The position numbers were made by a program, and so were the translations under genes. A stretch of DNA of 64,000 nt, taken from Candidatus Multivoradales bacterium (GTDB taxonomy: Bacteria; Acidobacteriota; Thermoanaerobaculia; Multivoradales; Multivoraceae). Shown here in pieces: positions 1 through 7,910 of this stretch; the stretch's first letter is position 1; each line of letters begins with the position of its first letter. Under the pieces are notes generated by a model, which ran no database searches, was not told where the DNA came from, and was given only the letters and a program-made list of their open reading frames with translations. The stretch lies in contig CBDCWI010000001.1 in assembly GCA_965223325.1 (NCBI GenBank), positions 1,056,001-1,120,000 on the forward strand, in the 5' to 3' direction.

Positions 1-2
1 GC

Positions 3-1916
3 GAAGACACCCTCCCCGACCCGCTCTGGCCGTCGCAGATCGGGGGCTGCTTTCCCGAGACCGAAGTCACCGCACATCAGCCACGCACACGAGCCCCGCT
101 CGAGGGAAATGCTCACGAGTACCTGGCCGAAGCCCACGAGGCTCTCGAGAGCGACGAGCTCGAGCAAGCCGAAACCAGCATTGCCGCCGCCCTCGACCGA
201 GCTCCCTTCGACGAAGAAGCCGTCCGCCTCATGCAGGAGGTCGCCGTCTGTCTCCATCAAGCCGAGCTTCAATCCGCTGTCGAGCGCAGCTTGACCGCCA
301 TCGAAGGGAGCATCATGTCGGGCGAACTAGGCAGGGCGCACTTCCAGATCGCCGCTGCGAACCTGCGCTATCCCGACGACGATCGCTTCGCCTTTCTGGC
401 CAGCTACCTCGAACACGTCGCCGCCGAGCGCGCACGCCAACTAGAGAGTCGCCCCTTTGAGCTGCCGCCATCGGAGGAGCCTGATCCAGCAAGCGAGCGG
501 GCTCGGGAACTCACAACCACAAGCGACTCTGCCAAGCCCCAATCCAAGCAGTGGGCAATCGTCGGCCAACCAGTCGATCACCAGGCCACATCAGGCGTCC
601 TGGGAGAAGCGCCGCTTGAAGCCAGCGCCGCCCGCGCGACGCCCCCTGTCGTCAGCGAGCGTGCCCACCCGAACGAGCCAACCGAGATCTCGGCCCGCGA
701 CCCCAATGGCGGCCTCGACGACGGCCCCATCGACCTCGAAGAGGTCGAGCTCAGACCGCTTCACACCACCGGCGAGCGGTTGATCAGCGGCTTCGAACCA
801 GCCGACGCTCCCGCGACCTGCAGCCTGCCGGTTACCCTGCGCGATGCTCTCGAAGAGATGCAGCGCGCAACGCGTCCCCCCGACCCTCAGGCAATTCGTG
901 CGCGCCGCATCAGCACCCTCCTCGTCGATAGCGAAAAGGCGCTCGAAGCCGGTGACCTCGAACGCGCACGCGGCCTTGGTCACATCGCTCTGTCGATGGA
1001 CGAAACCAATCCGGCCGCGACGAACCTCGCGCAACGCGTCGAAAGAGCGCTACTCGCCGCCGAGGAGGAGCGACAAGAGGCACTCGAGTGCACCATTCAA
1101 TCCGTCGCACTCCCGCAGGCCACCGAGCGCGGAGCCCCCGAAGCCACTGGAGCCGCTGGATCTCCGGGTGAGCTCCTCACCACCGAGGAAAAGCCACCCC
1201 CAGTCCAACAGATCACTGTTTCCGAGCTCGCCGCCCCACCGCAACCCAAACAAGAAGCGAGCAGCGAACCAGCCCCCGAGCTGCAACCAACGGCCAAGCA
1301 TCGACTCGAGGACGTGCCCACCGCCGAGGTCCCGCAGGCGCGCGCCGAAGAAAACGCCAACCTCGACCAACGTCGACACGCCATCAAACGAGCTCTGGCC
1401 GTCGGCGACCTCTTGACCGCTCGCGCCGCCATCGACAGCGCCAGAAGAGAGCACGGTCCAAACGCCTTCGAGGCTCTCGAACAGGAGCTAGAAAAGCAAA
1501 CCCACCTGGAAAGAACCCAGGCCGCCAACGAGTGCATCGAGCTCGGCCGCACCGCAATGATGCAGGCACGCCATGAACGCGCCGTCGACGCCTTCGAACG
1601 CGCAGCCCGTCTGGCGCCAGGAAACCGTCAGGCCCTGGAGCTCCTTTCCAGGTCCCGCCAGCTCCTTCTCATGGACTACGTAGAGTCCCGCGGGCAGAGC
1701 TTCCTGCGCACGATCCGCAAGATAGAAAAGCTCGCCGATCGCGGCCGCCTGGACCGCGCCCTCGACCTACTCCGAACCGTAGAGGAACAAGACCCCGAGT
1801 CCAACCGCTTACGCCCCCTACGCACCCGCCTCGAGCACCAGATGCGCGTCGAACGCGGCGCCCAACAGAGGCCGAGCGGCGCCGCCTCACGCCTGGCAGC
1901 CTGGTTCCGCCGCTAG
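3..1916 (+). CDS. TPR-repeat-containing protein, 5' end outside window
   Basis: Frame of ORF 231..1916 is open back to position 3 (EDTLPDPLWP...AHEYLAEAHEALESDELEQAE). TPR-like helical repeats (AVDAFERAARLAPGNRQALELL; RALDLLRTVEEQDPES) are separated by Pro/Glu-rich linkers. Confidence 0.75.
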   Translation, partial: EDTLPDPLWPSQIGGCFPETEVTAHQPRTRAPLEGNAHEYLAEAHEALESDELEQAETSIAAALDRAPFDEEAVRLMQEVAVCLHQAELQSAVERSLTAIEGSIMSGELGRAHFQIAAANLRYPDDDRFAFLASYLEHVAAERARQLESRPFELPPSEEPDPASERARELTTTSDSAKPQSKQWAIVGQPVDHQATSGVLGEAPLEASAARATPPVVSERAHPNEPTEISARDPNGGLDDGPIDLEEVELRPLHTTGERLISGFEPADAPATCSLPVTLRDALEEMQRATRPPDPQAIRARRISTLLVDSEKALEAGDLERARGLGHIALSMDETNPAATNLAQRVERALLAAEEERQEALECTIQSVALPQATERGAPEATGAAGSPGELLTTEEKPPPVQQITVSELAAPPQPKQEASSEPAPELQPTAKHRLEDVPTAEVPQARAEENANLDQRRHAIKRALAVGDLLTARAAIDSARREHGPNAFEALEQELEKQTHLERTQAANECIELGRTAMMQARHERAVDAFERAARLAPGNRQALELLSRSRQLLLMDYVESRGQSFLRTIRKIEKLADRGRLDRALDLLRTVEEQDPESNRLRPLRTRLEHQMRVERGAQQRPSGAASRLAAWFRR

Positions 1917-2475
1917 CGCACAGCCCCTTCATCAAGAGTAGCGTCGGTTGAACCCCGATAGAGCGAAGAGGTGGAGCGCGCTCGGCGCGCCCAGAGCAGT
2001 CAGCCTCCGGAGCAACCTCTCCGACGCAAGCGCGAACGCGCGAGCATCAATGCGCGATGTGCGAAGCACGAGCGCACAACCCCTCTCACCAAGAGTAGCG
2101 TCGGTTGAACCCCGGCAGGGGCGAGGCGGTGGAGCGCGCTCGGCGCGCCCGGAGCAGTCAGCCTCCGGAGCAACTTCTCCGACGCAAGCGCGAACGCGCG
2201 AGCATGAATGCGCGATGTGCGAAGCACGAGCGCACAACCCCTCTCACCAAGAGTAGCGTCGGTTGAACCCCGATAGAGCGAGGAGGTGGAGCGCGCTCGG
2301 CGCGCCCGGAGCAGTCAGCCTCCGGAGCAACTTCTCCGACGCAAGCGCGAACGCGCGGGCATCAATGCGCGATGTGCGAAGCACGAGCGCACAACCCCTC
2401 TCACCAAGAGTAGCGTCGGTTGCACCCCGATAGGGCGAGGAGGTGGAGCGCGCTCGGCGCGCCCGGAGCAGTCAG
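1916..2475. repeat. Tandem array of ~157-bp palindrome-rich REP-like units (~3.5 copies)
   Basis: CAAGAGTAGCGTCGGTTG recurs at 1933, 2090, 2248 and 2405 (periods 157, 158, 157). Units are nearly identical and lie between convergent genes. Confidence 0.95.
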
Positions 2476-2717
2476 GCGGGAAAGGCGCAGGATCCAGCTT
2501 GGCGCGCTGGACGGCCCGGGGCGGATCAGGACGCGCAAGTGTCTGAGCGAAGCCACCCTCTAGCATCCAAGTCCATCCAAACGTCAACGGCCCCCCAGCC
2601 GGCACTCCACCCTCAAAAAGGCGCAGCGAGTTTTGCGCGGCCCCGCCCCGGGCCGTCCAGCGCGCCTAGCTGGATGCGCCGGCCGCCGCTCCGGGGAGCC
2701 GAGCGCGCTCCGCCTCC
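2439..2717. repeat. Long imperfect inverted repeat (REPIN-like doublet)
   Basis: 2492-2524 matches the reverse complement of 2643-2675 at 32/33 nt; 2439-2458 matches the reverse complement of 2698-2717 at 19/20 nt. Confidence 0.9.
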
Positions 2718-2790
2718 TGCCCGGCGCAGTCCACCACCATCACAATCCCGCCCGCCTCGCTTCTCGACACCGTCACCACCCTCATCCAAA

Positions 2791-2908
2791 CCCAGGACCC
2801 AGAACCCAAGACCCAGAACCCAAAACCAAGACCAAAACCAAAACCAAGACCAAAACCAAAACCAAAACCAAAACCAAAACCAAAAAAAATCAACCAAAAA
2901 ATCAACCA
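2791..2908. repeat. Simple sequence repeat: 5 x CCCARRA heptamer, 10 x CCAARA hexamer, then duplicated AAAAAATCAACCA
   Basis: Read directly from the sequence; abuts the stop codon of the 2902..3675 gene. Confidence 0.95.
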
Positions 2909-3675
2909 GAACGATTCCTGAAAACAAACCGCACGCTACCGAACGCCACCTCGCAGCCATCGACCAGAGGCGTCGGCGTCTCCGCCGCGATCCGTGTCCC
3001 AGCAACCAACGAGCCGTTAGACGCCCCCTCCTCTTCAATCAACCACCAGATGTTCTGGCGATGCTCCAGCCGCGCATGCCGCCGCGACACCGTCCGCTCC
3101 CCCTGAAGCCCCGTCAGATCGATGTCCGGCAGGATTCCGCGGTGTGCGCTGGCCCGTCCAATGGTCAGTTGGTCACGGTCGCCGAGCTCGTAGACCTCGC
3201 CAGTCATCGCCACCAACGCAGCCTGCAAAGGAGCAGGAGCCGGCGGCACCGCCGACACACTCTCGGAAGTCTCGACCGACTTGCCACGCGTCGTCCCACC
3301 GACCTCACGTGACCAGGCCCGCAGATTGCGAGCGCGGACTGCCAACGTATGGAGCATCTTGAAGGGCAGATCAGCATCCTGTTGCGCCAGAGAACGTAGC
3401 GTTTCGCGAGAGATCGGCAACGCGCGCACCGGTTCGAGCGCCCGCGCCGAGAAGACGTAGGCGTCTTCACACAAAACTCCCACCTCGCCAACGAAGTCGC
3501 CGCGCGCCGCGATTCCGAGGGCGAGAGGCGTGCCGTGTTCGCGCTCGATCAGGATCTCGAGCGAGCCTGACTCGACAACGTAGAGCCCCCGACAAGGATC
3601 ACCCTCGCGCACCAGCCACTCGCCTTCGGCGCATTCGACCGGCTCGCCACCGAGAGGGCCTCGCTCCTCCGTCAT
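2902..3675 (-). CDS. Cyclic-nucleotide-binding domain + FHA domain protein
   Basis: N-term cNMP motif (LVREGDPCRGLYVVESGSLEI...GDFVGEVG); C-term FHA (LTIGRA...VSRRHARL...SNGS). Confidence 0.88.
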   Translation of the reverse strand: MTEERGPLGGEPVECAEGEWLVREGDPCRGLYVVESGSLEILIEREHGTPLALGIAARGDFVGEVGVLCEDAYVFSARALEPVRALPISRETLRSLAQQDADLPFKMLHTLAVRARNLRAWSREVGGTTRGKSVETSESVSAVPPAPAPLQAALVAMTGEVYELGDRDQLTIGRASAHRGILPDIDLTGLQGERTVSRRHARLEHRQNIWWLIEEEGASNGSLVAGTRIAAETPTPLVDGCEVAFGSVRFVFRNRSG

Positions 3676-4916
3676 ACGCCGTGATCGGCAGAACGGTACT
3701 CGAACAACCAGGACCCGATCAGAATCTGATCCCCGGGCTCGAGGTTGGCACGGACCCGCGGCTCACCGTTGATCAGCACACCGGCCGAGGATGAGACGTT
3801 CTCGATCTGGTGACCTTCCCCATAGGGTCGAATGATCGCGTGCTCGCGAGAAACCGTTTGCCCCGGTATGACGACGTCATTGCGACGACTTCGGCCGAGC
3901 CGGACGGCTCCACCTTCGAGCGTCCAGCTCTCGCCGTCTGGGCGGGTGCGAACGAGGCGCGCGAACTTCGCGCTCGTGACCGGGGCCAGCGCCGGACCGT
4001 CTGGCTTGGCGATCGCGGCGTTACCCCGTGCGCCCGCCTTGTCGATCGGTTCAGGGAGCACCACACCGGGCAACTCCTCCTCCATCGCCGCGGTCGTATC
4101 CGAGGCGGAATCCACCCCGAGGTCAAGACTCTCCGGTTCGTCGCCGAGCTGCGTAATCGCAGTTGCATCATCGTCCCACGTAGCCCCCGTACTCTCGGAT
4201 CCAGGGTCGGCGTCCGCGGTAAAGGAGGCGGGCCGGGAGGTCTCGCTGGTGCCATCTGGCACCTCGCCCCGCCCGTCGAGCAGAGACTCTGGATCGACGA
4301 GCAGAACTCTACGCGCATCTTCGAAGGCACTGTCACACAACTCGACCTTGAGCATGATCTCACGGCGATCGACGTCGAGAGCCTCCACGCGCTCGGCCAG
4401 CTCGGCGTCGGAGAACTCACCGACTTCGTGACGGAACCGGATCTCTTCCGCCTGATCGCCAATCACAGACAAGGCATCGCGTAGACCAATCCCCTCATGG
4501 CGAATCGAACTCAAACGCTCGAGTACCTCCGCCTCGAGGGGGTCGTAGTTCGCCTCCAACTCTTCGAGCCGGGCGCGATAGTCGCTCGTGACGCGCTGAT
4601 GAATCTCGGGCTTGATCTGGTCGGCCCGTTCGATGGCGCGCTCGAGCAACTCTCGTGTTTCACGCACGCGGGCACTGGCTTCTTCGACCTTCTCGAGCAG
4701 TTCCACAGGCAGCACCAGGCCATCGATCGCTGCGGCCTCGTCGGCACCGATCTCGAGGGTGGCTAGAGGTGAGTCGGCCAGTTTCCCTAGCGACCGCAGA
4801 TCGGTCTGGTCGCGCCCACGGGCTTCACTGCTTCGCCTTCTGGGCTGGCGCGAACGCAGCTTACGACGAGGTCGATCGGACTCGGGGGTCCGGGAGCCGG
4901 AGGGTTTCTTGGACAT
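3672..4916 (-). CDS. Coiled-coil + FHA domain protein
   Basis: Likely start MSKKPSG (ATG 4916). Acidic coiled coil, then FHA motif (LGRSRRNDVVIPGQTVSREHAII). 4-bp overlap with the downstream cNMP-FHA gene. Confidence 0.82.
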   Translation of the reverse strand: MSKKPSGSRTPESDRPRRKLRSRQPRRRSSEARGRDQTDLRSLGKLADSPLATLEIGADEAAAIDGLVLPVELLEKVEEASARVRETRELLERAIERADQIKPEIHQRVTSDYRARLEELEANYDPLEAEVLERLSSIRHEGIGLRDALSVIGDQAEEIRFRHEVGEFSDAELAERVEALDVDRREIMLKVELCDSAFEDARRVLLVDPESLLDGRGEVPDGTSETSRPASFTADADPGSESTGATWDDDATAITQLGDEPESLDLGVDSASDTTAAMEEELPGVVLPEPIDKAGARGNAAIAKPDGPALAPVTSAKFARLVRTRPDGESWTLEGGAVRLGRSRRNDVVIPGQTVSREHAIIRPYGEGHQIENVSSSAGVLINGEPRVRANLEPGDQILIGSWLFEYRSADHGV

Positions 4917-5094
4917 GGGAATCCCAGATTGCTGGTTCCCGAGCGCAGCTCGGGGAGAACCCGGCGTCAACCCGCCGGGCAAGAATCTTGGAATTCTATC
5001 CTCTGAATCCCTCTTTTGGTAGGTCTGCGCTGCCACGAGTCTCCTCGACCAGGGCGGACCGCCTGGCGGTTGCTCGCCTGACTCAGGCGGCCAG

Positions 5095-5547
5095 TCAGCC
5101 AGCCAGGTGGTCGAGGCGCACGATCTCCACCGGCGGCCGGAAGAGACCGGTCTGGAAGGCCTCGCGCAGCTTGGCCAGATGCGGTTGCTGCCCGTGTGCC
5201 TCGAGCGCAGCGGCGTTTTCGTAGACCTCGAAAAAGAACAGCTTCGACGGTTCCTCGGCGACTCGGTAGATCGCATAGGTCAAAACGCCCGGCTCATGCT
5301 CCTCGACGGCGCCAGCCAAGGCCTCGAGCGCCGCAAGGGCTTCGTCTTGGCGCTCTGGGTCGAGAGCGAAGGAGGCGGTCTGGGTGATCGCATCGGCACC
5401 CGCCCGGGCCGCCGCCGGGCGAACGAAGCCGAGCGTCGCCGCTCCCAGGCCGGCAGTGCCGATCCCGGCGATACGAAGCGCCACACGCCTCGAAAGCACG
5501 GAGCCCGATGAGTTGGAAGGTCCGGGGGACAGAGGAGGGTTGGACAT
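5095..5547 (-). CDS. Antibiotic biosynthesis monooxygenase (ABM)-family protein with Tat-like signal
   Basis: SRRVALR twin-arginine plus hydrophobic stretch and AxA; ABM motif EPGVLTYAIY...FFFEVYENAAALEAHGQQPH; GGAGGA RBS upstream. Confidence 0.85.
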   Translation of the reverse strand: MSNPPLSPGPSNSSGSVLSRRVALRIAGIGTAGLGAATLGFVRPAAARAGADAITQTASFALDPERQDEALAALEALAGAVEEHEPGVLTYAIYRVAEEPSKLFFFEVYENAAALEAHGQQPHLAKLREAFQTGLFRPPVEIVRLDHLAG

Positions 5548-5660
5548 GGTGGTTCCTCCGCTGCATCGCCAGGTGGGCCGACGCAGACGCTCAGTGGACG
5601 TGTGTTCTGATAGGGCCGTTGCCGCCGCAAGCGTACAGGAAGCGCTCTTTAGTGCGCGGC

Positions 5661-7910
5661 TTAGTGCGCGGCGAAGCGAATCCCGAGCCCGAACGTTCGA
5701 CCGGGTGCCGCGAGAGCACGATCGTCACTCGAGCTCCACCAGGTCTCGTCGAGCAGGTTCGCACCCCACAGTCGGAGCGCCAGACGCTGGCTCAGCTGCC
5801 GCTCCCAGGTGAGATCGAGCAGCCAGGCGTCTGGAATCGCCTGTTCGCCCGAGGCCACTTCGTCCGCCGTGCGCTCGGCGCGATAGCGCAAAACGACGCT
5901 CGTCGAACCGCTCGCCGCGCGTCGCCTCAAGCCGGCTTGCACGCGCCAGGGAGGCAGGTCTGCCAGGTTCAGGCCGTTCTGCGCTTCGCCCTCGATCCAG
6001 TGGCCGCTCGCTTCGAGTTGCAGATCGTTCCCCAGCGTGGCCAGCAGATCGAGCTCTGCGCCACGTAGCTCACCCTCGACGAGGTTGACAAAGGTGCGCA
6101 GCTCCGGCGTGGTATCGATGCGCTCGATGAAATCATCGATCGTGGTTTGCCAGACATAGCCGGTCGTCACCACGCGCCGACCGGAGTGTTTGAAGCCTGC
6201 TTCGAGCTCGAGCGACCGCTCGGGCCGAAGATTGGGGTTCCCGATCACCTGACCGCGCCCGGTCGTGCCGGTGAAGAAGCGTTCGCTCAGGGTGGGTGAG
6301 CGAAAGCCCGTTCCGGCACTCGCTTTGAGCACCAGCCCTCTCGCGACCTCGACGGAGGCGCCGAGGAAACCGCTCAGGGCCTCACGTTGATCGCTGGTGG
6401 CGGCCGGTATCGAACCAGCAACCACCGCACTCGAGGGTTCGTTCGACTGGCGAATCGCAGTGGCTCGCAAGCCCGTCTCGAGGCGCCAATGCGAGAACGC
6501 GCCATCGACCAGAACGAAACTCCCGATTTCGTCAGACGCTCCGTGACGGAGGGTCTGGGTGGAGGGACCGAGGCGCATGCCGCTCGAGTCATCGAGGGTG
6601 CTTTCGACCGCTTCGACGCCCCGGCGAGCGGACCACTCACCACCGAAGAGAACCTGCCAGTCGCCCTCTCCACGGTGCGAAAACGTACGGGAGTGTTCGA
6701 AGCCGAGCCCTGCATCATGGGTCTGGTTCTCGACCCGGTCGACCGCGGACCGATCGAGCGTTCGTACTTCGGTCACCAGATCCGACGGGTGCCACCAGGC
6801 GCGAGCGGTCGTATGGTCACGAAAAGCTATCGACCCCCGCAGCAGAAGATGGCGCTCACGCGGGTAGATCGTCGTGCGCTCCGGAACGTCCGAGGCAGGC
6901 TTTCCGATGTTGCGCCCGACGGAGGGTACGGCCAGCAGCCGGAAGCGCCGGCGGTCGTTGACGTGACTCCACTCGACGGTGCTCGAGATCTGCTCGAAGC
7001 GATCGAAACGGCGGATGCCGTCGGCAGTTTGGCGATCGGAGCTAGCCCGTCGCGCGACACCCAACGACAGATTCCGCGACCCCCAACCGGCGGTCAACGC
7101 GTGCAGGTCACCCTCGCTTTCGAGTGCCGCTTCGAGTCGCAGACGGTCGAACACCTTCGGCGCTTGAAAGAGGACTCCCCCGATAGCACCCGAGCCGTAG
7201 TGCGTCGACGCCGGACCACGGAAGACGTCGAGCTGCCCAGTCAGGTTCGGATCGAGAAACGACCCCGAGACACCAGCCCGACGCTCGCTCGAAAGCGGCA
7301 CGCCGGCGAGGAGTGTCAACACACGATGGCGTGAGACTCCACGAATTGAAACCACCCCGAAGAGCCCACCTTGCCCGTTCTCGGATACCCCCGGTGCCCG
7401 AGTGGCCAACTCCGCCAGGTTGGCTGCCGGTGCGACCAGTGCTTCCCGCGGCCGCAGAGCGGTAACCGCGATACTCACCGGAGCGACTGAGCGCCCCGGC
7501 CGTTCAGCAAACACCACCAACTCCTCGTCGAGCGCCGCGACAGCCAGACGCACGAGCCCGTCGTCCGCAGCGACTGCCTCTAACTCGGCGCGGGTGAGTA
7601 CGCGGTTCTCGAAAGTCGGATGTTCGACGAGCAACGCAGCCTCACCTGACGCGAGCTCGAGGTCGACGCGACCGTCGTTCGCAATCGCAAACCGCCGCCC
7701 GGTTGGCAGCACTTCGACCACCGCCCCGGCGACCGGTCGTTCGAGCGAATCCACCAATCGGAAGGCGACCGCTTCACTCGAGCCACCTGGTTCCTGAGCG
7801 ACAAGCGCGCCGGTGTTGACCGTGACGATCAAGAGGATCGCTGCGATGCCAGAGCCGATCAGAGACGCGGGGAGAAACTCTCGCCTGAAGCGAGCGCGCG
7901 ATGCACTCAC
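5661..7910 (-). CDS. TonB-dependent receptor
   Basis: Signal peptide; carboxypeptidase-like N-domain (LVDSLERPVAGAVV); plug (SIRG..., VFRGPASTHYGSGAIGGV); barrel motifs GFRSPTLSE, GNPNLRPERS, NLLDE...PGRTFGLGIRF. GTG start at 7910 overlaps the kinase stop; the upstream extension to 8804 is a shadow frame. Confidence 0.9.
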   Translation of the reverse strand: MSASRARFRREFLPASLIGSGIAAILLIVTVNTGALVAQEPGGSSEAVAFRLVDSLERPVAGAVVEVLPTGRRFAIANDGRVDLELASGEAALLVEHPTFENRVLTRAELEAVAADDGLVRLAVAALDEELVVFAERPGRSVAPVSIAVTALRPREALVAPAANLAELATRAPGVSENGQGGLFGVVSIRGVSRHRVLTLLAGVPLSSERRAGVSGSFLDPNLTGQLDVFRGPASTHYGSGAIGGVLFQAPKVFDRLRLEAALESEGDLHALTAGWGSRNLSLGVARRASSDRQTADGIRRFDRFEQISSTVEWSHVNDRRRFRLLAVPSVGRNIGKPASDVPERTTIYPRERHLLLRGSIAFRDHTTARAWWHPSDLVTEVRTLDRSAVDRVENQTHDAGLGFEHSRTFSHRGEGDWQVLFGGEWSARRGVEAVESTLDDSSGMRLGPSTQTLRHGASDEIGSFVLVDGAFSHWRLETGLRATAIRQSNEPSSAVVAGSIPAATSDQREALSGFLGASVEVARGLVLKASAGTGFRSPTLSERFFTGTTGRGQVIGNPNLRPERSLELEAGFKHSGRRVVTTGYVWQTTIDDFIERIDTTPELRTFVNLVEGELRGAELDLLATLGNDLQLEASGHWIEGEAQNGLNLADLPPWRVQAGLRRRAASGSTSVVLRYRAERTADEVASGEQAIPDAWLLDLTWERQLSQRLALRLWGANLLDETWWSSSDDRALAAPGRTFGLGIRFAAH

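Noticed and set aside
1916-2475. CRISPR array
   Set aside because: Units are ~157 bp and nearly identical throughout; there are no unique spacers and no cas genes in the window.
1932-3312. ORFs across the repeat zone, including those with (QN)n, (TK)n, (WF)n and (GF)n tracts
   Set aside because: They are translations of the non-coding repeats and microsatellite in several frames, with no protein-like features.
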